A DNA stretch of 63,365 bases, counting the filler, from Lentisphaeria bacterium (GTDB lineage: Bacteria > Verrucomicrobiota > Lentisphaeria > JABSQK01 > JAWLHB01), in NCBI GenBank assembly GCA_041690595.1. It is 3 parts of 3 records of this genome, joined end to end, with 100 filler letters (N's around TTAATTAATTAA, not from the genome) between each part and the next. Parts side by side here need not be neighbours in the genome. Positions count along the whole stretch, not along the records: positions 47,447 to 63,365 come from JAWLHB010000076.1; 2 more parts are not named here. One strand, given 5' to 3'. A program made the translations under genes and the position numbers. Position 1 is the first letter of the stretch. Every line of letters starts with the position of its first letter. This document shows, one piece after another, positions 49,585-58,368 of the stretch. The notes beneath the pieces are model-generated. The model made no database searches. It was given only the letters and a program-made list of their open reading frames with translations, and had not been told where the DNA came from.

Positions 49585-51486
49585 CTATGCAAGTTCCTGG
49601 TGCGGCGGAGCCGATGGCTTCAGCGCCTGGCGGGAAAGCAGAATGGCCTCCACCAGCGCGCGCACCAGAAGCGCGGCCAGGAGTCCATAGAGCAGAAAGG
49701 GGGAGCCGCTGTGCCAGAGGGCGAGAAAGACGAGGGCGGCGGTCAGGAGGAGTTTGTCGCGGCGGAGGAAGATGGCGGCGATGATGAGGGAGACGAGGGG
49801 GAGTGCGATACTGAGGAGGCGAATGGTCTCCAGGCTCATGCCGAAGGGCTGTATGCCGGCCAGGCGCTGCGTCGGGGAGATGAGGAGGAGATTGAGGATG
49901 AAGATGACGAGGAGGGCGCCGCGTGCCTTGAGGCTGCCGACCCGCCATACATCGGCAAGGACGAAGCTGCCGATCAGGGCGACGTGGGCGGTCAGCAGCC
50001 AGCGGAAGGCGTTGGCTCCGACCACGGGAAAGCCGGCATAGAAGATGACCAGCGGAATGCCCCAGAGGGCGAGGACGGTGCGCCGATGGCGGTCGCGGAT
50101 GAAGAGGAGGCCAAAGAGGCCGAGGTGAAGCTGGAGGTAGTTGACGCTGCAGAGGAAGTGAATGCCGCTCTTGAGGTAGCTGAAGCTGAAGGCGGTATTG
50201 TCCACGGCCGCATGATAAACATAAGGCCACTTGAAGATGCCGCCGTTCTGGAGCTTGTTGATCAGGAGTTGGGGCGAGAAGATCAGAAGGAAGGCGGCGA
50301 TGCCCAGGAGGACGTAGCCGGCGACCTGGCGGGGATGACGGTAGATGGAGGCCATGCGCAACCACATCAGGTACGCGAGGGCCGGGGCAAAGACGATGTT
50401 GGTGACGCGCAGCAGGCAGCCGTAGGCGAAGAGCGCGGCAATGACGATCACGTAGGCGCGGCCGGGACGGAGCACCATGCAGAGGAGGAGGCAGCCGAGC
50501 ATGACCACCATGGCGGGGACGTCGCTCAGCCCATTCCAGCCGGCATGGTGGAAGATGTTGTACATGCGATAGCTGAGCAGATGAAAGTCGGGCAGGCTGA
50601 AGATGCCTTTGAAGACGGCGACGCGGCCATGATACTCGACGGGAAAGTAGAAGAAGGGGAGGAGGGCGAGGATGAGGGCGGCAATCCACGCCGCGCGGAC
50701 GGAGTGGCCGAGGCGCCGCAGCAGCACGAAGCCGAGCAGGAGGGCGGCCGGCGCCAGGATGAGCCCGTTGAGCAGGGTCATGGCGAGGCGGATCTCGTGG
50801 TAGGACTCGGCGCCGCTCAGGATGACCAGCGGCAGGTAGAGGAGGGACAAGCCGATGGTGTGCTGCCAGGTGCCGGCGAGGGAGGCGTCGGCCAGTATTC
50901 GGGCGGCGAGGAAATAGCTGTGTTCGTCGGTGGGATGGAGGATCACGCCGCCGGCGAGGAAGGCCATGAGGACGAGGGGGGTGACGCGGAAGAGGACGAT
51001 GGTGGCGGCAGCGGTCAGCAGGACAGGCCGCTCCGCGGCTTCACCGCGCAGCAGGCTCTGCATATAGCCGCGATGCCAACCGAAGAGGAGGACGATCAGG
51101 AGGGTGCAGAGGACGGCCACGAAGGCGTACTGCCAGCTCGCGGCGGGAACGGGTCGCGGATGCACCTGCCGTCGCGCGAGGTCGTAGAGGAGCGCCTCGC
51201 TCACCCACGCCTCCCGATCCCCGAGTTGGACGCGATGGAGGGTGGTGGCCAGCATCAGCGGATGCCAGTTGCCACCGGTCAGGATGGAGGCGGGCACGTA
51301 GAGCGGCTGCGCTTCGAGGCTTTCGTAGGTCGCATAACCACCTGCCACGGAGACGACCGGCGAGGCGATGTCGGCTTCCGCAAAGAAGGGGGTCTGGGCG
51401 GTCACCTCGACCTGGGCGGCGCGGAGGCTCACGCAGGCAAGGAGGCTGATTGCCGAGACCGCGGCGGTCATTCCGGATAGACGCAT
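49585..51486 (-). CDS. Multi-pass membrane protein, GT-C (ArnT/PMT-like) glycosyltransferase
   Basis: PTDEHSYF loop after a TM; LSDVP and CLLRVTN motifs; more than 10 hydrophobic segments. Confidence 0.65.
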   Translation of the reverse strand: MRLSGMTAAVSAISLLACVSLRAAQVEVTAQTPFFAEADIASPVVSVAGGYATYESLEAQPLYVPASILTGGNWHPLMLATTLHRVQLGDREAWVSEALLYDLARRQVHPRPVPAASWQYAFVAVLCTLLIVLLFGWHRGYMQSLLRGEAAERPVLLTAAATIVLFRVTPLVLMAFLAGGVILHPTDEHSYFLAARILADASLAGTWQHTIGLSLLYLPLVILSGAESYHEIRLAMTLLNGLILAPAALLLGFVLLRRLGHSVRAAWIAALILALLPFFYFPVEYHGRVAVFKGIFSLPDFHLLSYRMYNIFHHAGWNGLSDVPAMVVMLGCLLLCMVLRPGRAYVIVIAALFAYGCLLRVTNIVFAPALAYLMWLRMASIYRHPRQVAGYVLLGIAAFLLIFSPQLLINKLQNGGIFKWPYVYHAAVDNTAFSFSYLKSGIHFLCSVNYLQLHLGLFGLLFIRDRHRRTVLALWGIPLVIFYAGFPVVGANAFRWLLTAHVALIGSFVLADVWRVGSLKARGALLVIFILNLLLISPTQRLAGIQPFGMSLETIRLLSIALPLVSLIIAAIFLRRDKLLLTAALVFLALWHSGSPFLLYGLLAALLVRALVEAILLSRQALKPSAPPHQELA

Positions 51487-51509
51487 ACCGCCCCTTCCCA
51501 GGTGCTGGA

Positions 51510-52352
51510 TTAGAGAGTCACCGTCCCATCGAACACATGGGTCGCGGGGCCGGTCATGAAGACTTGCGAGCTGTCGTCGGGCCACTCGATCCGCAGATCG
51601 CCGCCGCGCAGATGGACCGTCACGGTACGTTCGGTCAGCTCGTTGAGGACGCCGGCCACGCCGACCGCACAAGCGCCGGTGCCGCAGGCGAGGGTTTCGC
51701 CCGACCCGCGCTCCCAGACGCGCATCTCGACTTCGGAGCGGTTCACCACGCGTACGAACTCGACGTTGATGCGGCGGGGAAAGAGGGGGGCCACTTCGAG
51801 CTTCGGCCCATGCCGCAGCACCAGGTCGTCGGTGATCTCGTCGACAAAGATGACGGCATGAGGATTGCCCATGGAGACGCCGGTGAAGGTGAAGATCTCC
51901 TCCCCTACCCTCACCTGCTCGCGGAGGACGGGATCCTTGTCGAGCGCAATCGGGATGCGGGGGCCGGCAAGGATGGGCGCGCCCATGGCGACGCGGGCAT
52001 GAGTGACGCGGCCCTCGGCAATGGTGAGCTTGAGCTGGCGGATGCCGTTGCCAGTCTGGATGCGAACGTCGTCGCGGCTGTGATAGCCGCGGTCGAAGAC
52101 GAACTTGCCGACGCAGCGAATGGCGTTGCCGCACATCTCGGCTTCCGAGCCGTCGGCGTTGAACATGCGCATCTGGAAATCGGCTTCGTCATGGGGAAGG
52201 ATGAGGACGATGCCGTCGCCGCCGATGCCGAAGTGGCGATCGGAGAGCTGCTGGGCGAGGAGGTCGGGTCGGCTGATGGGGCAGTCGGCGATGCAATCGA
52301 AGTAGATGTAGTCGTTGCCGAGGCCATGCATCTTGGTGAACGGAAGCTTCAT
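51510..52352 (-). CDS. dapF: Diaminopimelate epimerase
   Basis: KMHGLGNDY, EMCGNAIRC, GNPH and TLACGTGAC; TGATG overlap with lysA. Confidence 0.98.
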   Translation of the reverse strand: MKLPFTKMHGLGNDYIYFDCIADCPISRPDLLAQQLSDRHFGIGGDGIVLILPHDEADFQMRMFNADGSEAEMCGNAIRCVGKFVFDRGYHSRDDVRIQTGNGIRQLKLTIAEGRVTHARVAMGAPILAGPRIPIALDKDPVLREQVRVGEEIFTFTGVSMGNPHAVIFVDEITDDLVLRHGPKLEVAPLFPRRINVEFVRVVNRSEVEMRVWERGSGETLACGTGACAVGVAGVLNELTERTVTVHLRGGDLRIEWPDDSSQVFMTGPATHVFDGTVTL

Positions 52353-53569
52353 CAGGAACACTCCTTGAGCAGCTGGTCGATGAGGTCGTCTTCGCTGAGT
52401 CCGCGGCGGGCTACCCAGGCGCTGCCGCCCTCGACGGCGACTTCGGGGGGCATCGGCCGCAGGTTGTAGACGCCGCCCATGGCGTAGCAGTAGGCGCCGG
52501 CATTCTGGATGGCCAGCACATCGCCCTCACGGATCTCGGGCAGCTCGCGCTGCTCGGCAAAGCGGTCGCCGGTTTCGCAGATGTTGCCGCAGACATCGTA
52601 GATGCCGGGCCGGCCATCGGGATTGCTCAGGTTGACGATATGATGATAGGCATCGTAGAACATGGGGCGGATGAGCTGCGGGAAGCCGGAATCGCAGCCG
52701 GCGATCTGGCGGCCGCGGTTGTTCTTGAGCGTGTTGATGGTCACCAGCATGGTGCCGCCCTCGGCGACGATGCACTTGCCGGGCTCGAAATACATCTCGA
52801 GGTCGCGCCCGTACGTGGCGCAGAATTCGCGGAAGATGCGGCTGATCTCGGCACCAAAGGCGGCATAGTCGATCCGCTCTTCGTCGGGCCTGTAGGGGAC
52901 CTTGAAGCCGCCGCCAAAGTCGACGAAGCGCAGGTGGGGGAAGCGTTCGGGGGTGGCGATGGCGAGGAGGTTGCGCATCCCCTGGTAGACGCTGTCGGTG
53001 CGGGTGATGCCGCTGCCGGTATGCTCGTGGAGGCCGACGACGCGCAGCCGATAGCGCTCGACGATGCGACAGACCTGATCGACATCTTCGAGGAGAATGC
53101 CGAACTTGGTCAGCTCGCCGCCGGTCATGATCTTGGCGTGGGCGCCGTCCACGACGTCGGGGTTGAAGCGCAGGCAGAGATCGCTGCCGGGATAGGCGGC
53201 TGCAAACTTCTCGAGGCGCGATAGGGAGCCGATGTTCATCAGCACACCGCTGTCGGCGACGCGCTTCATCTCGCGCTCGGTGAGGTTGTTGGCGGTATAC
53301 AGGATGCGGTCGACAGGGAAGCCGAGCTTGCGGGCGAGGACGACGTCGCCGGGACTGACGGTGTCCAGCCAGGCGCCGATCTTGTGCAACGCGCGCAATA
53401 TGGCGGGATTGTAGTTGGCCTTCATCGCGTAAAGCACGCGCAGCCGCGGCCAGGTGATGTAGGTGAACAATTCCTGATACCGCTGCTTGATCAGGTCGAG
53501 ATCGTAGACGTATAGGGGAGTACCGTGACTCTTCGCAAGCTGAAGAAGAAGATCGGGGGTGACTGGCAT
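52352..53569 (-). CDS. lysA: Diaminopimelate decarboxylase
   Basis: GTPLYVYD, YAMKAN, KFG, DFGGG, EPGK and ICETGD. Confidence 0.96.
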   Translation of the reverse strand: MPVTPDLLLQLAKSHGTPLYVYDLDLIKQRYQELFTYITWPRLRVLYAMKANYNPAILRALHKIGAWLDTVSPGDVVLARKLGFPVDRILYTANNLTEREMKRVADSGVLMNIGSLSRLEKFAAAYPGSDLCLRFNPDVVDGAHAKIMTGGELTKFGILLEDVDQVCRIVERYRLRVVGLHEHTGSGITRTDSVYQGMRNLLAIATPERFPHLRFVDFGGGFKVPYRPDEERIDYAAFGAEISRIFREFCATYGRDLEMYFEPGKCIVAEGGTMLVTINTLKNNRGRQIAGCDSGFPQLIRPMFYDAYHHIVNLSNPDGRPGIYDVCGNICETGDRFAEQRELPEIREGDVLAIQNAGAYCYAMGGVYNLRPMPPEVAVEGGSAWVARRGLSEDDLIDQLLKECS

Positions 53570-53690
53570 GGGCGCTTGATCCGTTCGGGGGTCGGCCGCC
53601 GCGGCGGCTGATAGGGGAAAAGCCGTACTATACCACCCCACTCCACTTTGCCAATGGGCAGACGCGAGGCGGGGCAGGAAGCGGGGCGGG

Positions 53691-53917
53691 AAGCGGGGCG
53701 CTGCCCCGGACCCCGCTGGGGAAGCGCACCTCCCCAGACCCCTCATTGACTCTTGCCGGGATCTGGACATCGGATCTCCAGATCCCGACAAGGTATGGGG
53801 TGATAGGGGGACGCGCAGAGGCGCGGGATGAGGGGACGCGGAGCAAGAAGCCGCAGCGGCAGCAAGCGGGGCGCTGCCCCGGACCCCGCTGGGGAGGCGC
53901 ACCTCCCCAGACCCCTC
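53691..53917. repeat. Direct repeat of a 54-bp double-hairpin unit
   Basis: AAGCGGGGCGCTGCCCCGGACCCCGCTGGGGA(A/G)GCGCACCTCCCCAGACCCCTC at 53691-53744 and 53864-53917. Confidence 0.88.
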
Positions 53918-54142
53918 GGGACTTTTGATTATGAGATGCGCCACGCGGAGCGGGGAACGGGACCGATGGGATGGCGAGGGGAAATGAGGGGAGGCAAGCG
54001 TCCAGGAGTGGCAACGTCCAACGCCGGGGCCACTCAGGCGAGTGGCGTGCCCAGGGTGCGCGCAATGGCAGGGCCGTTGGGGCCAATGGTCCCAAGTCGC
54101 GGTTCGGAAAGCGCCTTCCACAAAAAAGGTGCTAATACTGTA

Positions 54143-54170
54143 TTGACATCGTGACTGTTGGATATAAACT
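54143..54170 (+). promoter_or_regulatory. Sigma70-type promoter
   Basis: TTGACA-16 bp-TAAACT in an AT-rich patch before the regulator gene. Confidence 0.5.
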
Positions 54171-54246
54171 ACAGACTTACTATCGCAATGATACGCGGCG
54201 AACGGGGGGAGAGCCGATCATCGTGGATACGGGAGCAGATCGCGCA

Positions 54247-55386
54247 ATGATGGAGCTGACACCGGGGATACCGCCGGTGGAGCGGGCGCGTCGCGCGGTG
54301 TTGAACTGGATCGCGGAACATGGGGTGCAGCCGGGCGAGCTGCTGCCAGCGCAATCGCAGCTGGCGCATGCCTTGCGCAGCAGCGCGACGACGGTACAGA
54401 AGGCGCTGGCCCAACTGGCCGTTGAGAATATTGTCGAGCGTCAGCGCGGACGCGGCACCATCTTGCTGAGGCAGCCACCCACGTTCGGCAGGTCGGCGGC
54501 GAAAAGCGCGGGAGCGGAGACGGATACGACGCTGCGCGGGGGTATCGTCTATTTCGGCGAGCGGCTGGATCGGAAGGTCATGCCGGTGCATGCGCTGGTG
54601 GTGCAGGGGGCGGAACGTCGGCTGCGGGCGCTGCTGGACAACAATGTGCGCATGGTGCGTTGCCGCGACGCGAGCGACCTTTACCGCGAGTTGCATTCGG
54701 ATCTTCTGGATGGGGCGGTGCTTCTGCATGACTATAAGGGCTCGGATACGGTCTCTCCGGAAGTCGCGCAGATTGCCTATCGCATGGAGATGCCGGTGGT
54801 TCATATCTTTCTGTCGCTGCCGGATACCCCGGCGCTGCCGCGCGTGGTGTGCGTGGACAACTGGGCGATCGGCTGCCTGGCCGCGGGTGCCTTCATCGAG
54901 GCCGGCCATCGACGCCTGATGATTGCGGCCAGCGGTGAGTGGCACCTCTTCGAGCAACAGCGGGTGGAGGCGTTTCGCTGGATGGTCGGAAGCCGCGCGG
55001 AGTACAAGCTGGTACGCGGCGGCAACGACTGGGATGCCTGCGGGGAAGCGGCCTTTCGCCAATGGTACAGCCTGGCGCCGGAGAGCCGCCCCACGGGAGT
55101 CTACTGCATGAACGACGAGATGGCGCGCGGCTTTGTGGGTCAGGCCCTTGCGGCTGGGATCCGGCTGCCGAATGATGTCAGCGTGTTGGGGGTAGACAAT
55201 GCGTTCCAGCACGGCATCAACGAGAGTGTGCCGCTGAGCACGATCGACCCCATGTTTCATCGCGTCGGAGAAAGCGCTGCCGAGTTGTTGGCGAAGGCGC
55301 TGACCGAGCCTGGTTCAGATCCGATGATGATCCGCATCACACCGAAACTTTTCATCCGGCAGACCGGCCCCATCCCTCTTCAATGA
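54247..55386 (+). CDS. GntR-HTH regulator with a LacI-type sugar-binding domain
   Basis: PGELLPAQSQLA..TVQKAL..GRGT; MNDEMA, DVSVLGVDN and PLSTID; start uncertain. Confidence 0.9.
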   Translation: MMELTPGIPPVERARRAVLNWIAEHGVQPGELLPAQSQLAHALRSSATTVQKALAQLAVENIVERQRGRGTILLRQPPTFGRSAAKSAGAETDTTLRGGIVYFGERLDRKVMPVHALVVQGAERRLRALLDNNVRMVRCRDASDLYRELHSDLLDGAVLLHDYKGSDTVSPEVAQIAYRMEMPVVHIFLSLPDTPALPRVVCVDNWAIGCLAAGAFIEAGHRRLMIAASGEWHLFEQQRVEAFRWMVGSRAEYKLVRGGNDWDACGEAAFRQWYSLAPESRPTGVYCMNDEMARGFVGQALAAGIRLPNDVSVLGVDNAFQHGINESVPLSTIDPMFHRVGESAAELLAKALTEPGSDPMMIRITPKLFIRQTGPIPLQ

Positions 55387-55408
55387 GTGCATAACGGAGG
55401 TAATTCCC

Positions 55409-58300
55409 ATGCTACGACGTCTGTGTCACTGTATATCGTTATTGCTTGTGATGGCGGCTTGTTTGCCGACCCGGTCGATCGGGCAGGAGGCGGAGGCACC
55501 GCCGCCTGTGGAAGTGGAGGTATACGGGCGCTTCTACAACCCGAACTATCCCGATGGGGCGACGACCAAGCGACTGATCCGCCTGATGGAGCAGGATCCG
55601 GAGTTGCAGGTGAAGATGTGGGGGGGGCTGAGCCTGCCCGGGGGAGCGGGGCGAGCGTCGCTGATGATGGCGATCGCGGGCAAGACGGCGCCGGACATCA
55701 TGGAGTCGTGGTTTCACATCATTGGCAACGACATTCGGCAGGGCTTCCTCTATCCGCTGAACGAGTGGATCGGGGAGGATCAGGACGGGAACGGGCTGGT
55801 CGATCCGGACGAGGCGATCTGGGAGCCGTGGAAGGAGATACCGCCGCTCTGGCGGCAGGTGGTCACGCATGAGGGCAAGATTTACGGGATTCCGCAGGCG
55901 TTCAAGTACTATATGGGGGTTGTCTACCGCAGTGACATGGTTCGCGCGGCCGGTCTGGATCCGGCGCGGCCACCGCAGACGTGGGATGAACTCATCTACT
56001 GGTGCCAGAAGCTGACGGATCCGGCCAAGGAGGTTCCGGGGGCGGTCCTGAATCGCGGCCAGCGGGGTATCGCCCTGCCCCCATACGGTTTCATGTGGCT
56101 GCCGTGGATGCAGTCGGCCGGCGGCGATCCCATCATCCAGATCCGCCGCAGCCCCACCACGGGCGAGGAGTACCGGTTGCCGCCGGACACCCTCACCTTC
56201 GTGACGCCCGAGGGGGAGGATCTCTCGAAACAGGAGCCCGAGTGGCGCGCCAATTTCGCCTCGCCCGAGGGGATTCAGGCGACGGAGCTGTACCACAAGC
56301 TGCGCTGGATGAAGTGGCTGGTGGATCCGGAGACGGGCGATCCCATCGAGCTGACGGACGAGGAAGCCCGGCAGGGTTTCACGGTCCTTGCGGATGGTCG
56401 CCGCGTCGACTTCGAGCAGAGCGCCATCATCACCGGCGTGGCGCGAGGCCAGACGGGCCAGCGCGGCACCGGCACCTTCGACCTGCTGAGCCGGGGTGAA
56501 GTGGCGATGACGACGGCGTTTGTTTCGGATTTGAACGGCATCGGCAGCAGCACGGGGCTGGATCCCGACCTGCTCAGCTGGTTTCCGTTTCCTGCCGCGA
56601 ACACGGAGAGTGGGCGGCGTGTGGTGCAGGTGCAGAACCATTATGTGACGATGGTGGAAGCCGTTGGCGATCGGCCCCAGGCGGAGCGGGACAAGATCTG
56701 GAAGGCGATGACGGCGATCACGGACAAGGAAGTCCACGACAGCGAGGTGCGCGAAAAGGTGTTGTCGGGGCTGGCGCGCTTTGTCAATCCGGAATCGCTG
56801 CGTGAGCTTGGGCTCGAGGATTATCTCAAGGATGTGCCGTCTTCGATCCTGGACAACTACCGGGGCATGGAGGAGAAGACGATCGCGGTCTTCACGGAAC
56901 CGTACATGGGCTTCTGGGTCACGATGGACGGTGAGATCAACACGAAGGTCCTCGACCTCATCATCTCGGATGAAGGCGAAGATTTCGACTATGTGGCAGC
57001 GCTGAAGCGGGTTGAAGCGGACGCGAATGCGGGCAAGATGTTCGCGCGCAGCCAACAGGAGCTGGCGGAGTACCGCCCCACCGCGCGCATCGTCTTCGGC
57101 ATCATTGTCGCGATCATGGTTTTCTTTGTTTGCATGATCATCCGTTCGGAGCTGACCCGCAAGAAGCGAAACGCGGGCAGCACGCGGCAGGTGACGCACA
57201 AGCTCACGCCGTGGCTGATCATCGCGCCGGCGGTTCTGCTGATCGGGATCTGGAACTACTATCCGCTGGTGCGGGGCATGGTGATGGCGTTCCAGGACTA
57301 CAAAGTAGCCGGTGAGAGCGAGTTTGTGGGGCTGTCGAACTTCATCTCGCTGACGCTCGACGGTGCTTTCTGGAAGGCGCTGGTGCGAACCTTCTATTTT
57401 GTCTTTCTGAACATGGTGCTGGCCTTCTGCGCGCCGATTGTGCTCGCGCTGATGCTCTCGGAGATTCCAGTTGGCAAGTACCTGTACCGGACGTTGTTCT
57501 TCCTGCCGCAGGTGACCAGCGGTCTGGTGATTGCCCTGCTCTGGAAGCTGATGTATGAGCCGACGCCGGATGGGTTCCTGAACCAGGTGCTGCAGATCTG
57601 GAACCAGATGACGCCGACAGCCGCGGTCATTTCTTCAGTTGCGTACATCGTGCTCTGCGGCGGGATCATCTGGCAGATCGCGACTGCATTTGTTCAGAAG
57701 CATGAAGGATTCAAGGTGAAGGTTCTCATCGCGTCCGTCATACTGATCCTTCTGGTTGTCTTCGGCTATGAGCTGATATTTCCGACAATCAACCTGATGA
57801 TCGGCAATACGACCGTCATCGGCAGCAGCCTGATCGTTGAACCTCAGACGTGGCTGCAGGATCCAAAGATTGCGATGCTCTGCTGCGTCATTCCGACGGT
57901 GTGGGCGTCGATGGGGATGGCGAGCCTGATCTACCTGGCGGCGCTGAAGGCGGTTCCAGACGAGCTGTACGAGGCGGCGGATGTGGATGGAGCGGGCATC
58001 ATGATGAAGCTGAAGAAGATCACGCTGCCGACCCTCCTGCCGCTGGTGATCATCAACTTCGTCGGGGCCTTCATCGGCACCTTCCAGAACATGGGCAACA
58101 TCTTTCTGATGACCTTCGGCGGTCCGGGCGACGCGACGGAGGTGATTGGGCTGCTCATCTGGAAAGAGGCTTACAACAACCTGCGCTTCAGCATGGCCAC
58201 ATCGATGGCCTGGGTACTCGGGGCGCTTCTGATCGGTTTCACTTACGTGCAGATCCAGTTCCTCAAGCGGGTCGAGTTCCGCAAGTCGGAATGGGACTGA
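55409..58300 (+). CDS. Fused extracellular solute-binding protein and carbohydrate ABC permease
   Basis: Signal peptide; GKTAPDI, KIYGIP and PPQTWDEL SBP motifs; C-terminal FVGLSNF and LYEAADVDGA (EAA) permease. Confidence 0.92.
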   Translation: MLRRLCHCISLLLVMAACLPTRSIGQEAEAPPPVEVEVYGRFYNPNYPDGATTKRLIRLMEQDPELQVKMWGGLSLPGGAGRASLMMAIAGKTAPDIMESWFHIIGNDIRQGFLYPLNEWIGEDQDGNGLVDPDEAIWEPWKEIPPLWRQVVTHEGKIYGIPQAFKYYMGVVYRSDMVRAAGLDPARPPQTWDELIYWCQKLTDPAKEVPGAVLNRGQRGIALPPYGFMWLPWMQSAGGDPIIQIRRSPTTGEEYRLPPDTLTFVTPEGEDLSKQEPEWRANFASPEGIQATELYHKLRWMKWLVDPETGDPIELTDEEARQGFTVLADGRRVDFEQSAIITGVARGQTGQRGTGTFDLLSRGEVAMTTAFVSDLNGIGSSTGLDPDLLSWFPFPAANTESGRRVVQVQNHYVTMVEAVGDRPQAERDKIWKAMTAITDKEVHDSEVREKVLSGLARFVNPESLRELGLEDYLKDVPSSILDNYRGMEEKTIAVFTEPYMGFWVTMDGEINTKVLDLIISDEGEDFDYVAALKRVEADANAGKMFARSQQELAEYRPTARIVFGIIVAIMVFFVCMIIRSELTRKKRNAGSTRQVTHKLTPWLIIAPAVLLIGIWNYYPLVRGMVMAFQDYKVAGESEFVGLSNFISLTLDGAFWKALVRTFYFVFLNMVLAFCAPIVLALMLSEIPVGKYLYRTLFFLPQVTSGLVIALLWKLMYEPTPDGFLNQVLQIWNQMTPTAAVISSVAYIVLCGGIIWQIATAFVQKHEGFKVKVLIASVILILLVVFGYELIFPTINLMIGNTTVIGSSLIVEPQTWLQDPKIAMLCCVIPTVWASMGMASLIYLAALKAVPDELYEAADVDGAGIMMKLKKITLPTLLPLVIINFVGAFIGTFQNMGNIFLMTFGGPGDATEVIGLLIWKEAYNNLRFSMATSMAWVLGALLIGFTYVQIQFLKRVEFRKSEWD

Positions 58301-58368
58301 GCGCGACGCTTTCACAACCGGCAGGCTTCTGCCGATATACTTTCAATCCTGAACGTTGAGACGCGACT

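Noticed and set aside
49501..51480. 659-aa acidic plus-strand ORF
   Set aside because: Antisense shadow of the hydrophobic membrane-protein gene.
53570..54121. N-terminal extension of lysA in the ORF track, or a lysine riboswitch
   Set aside because: The region is GC-rich repeat DNA; homology starts at MPVTP and I saw no L-box consensus.
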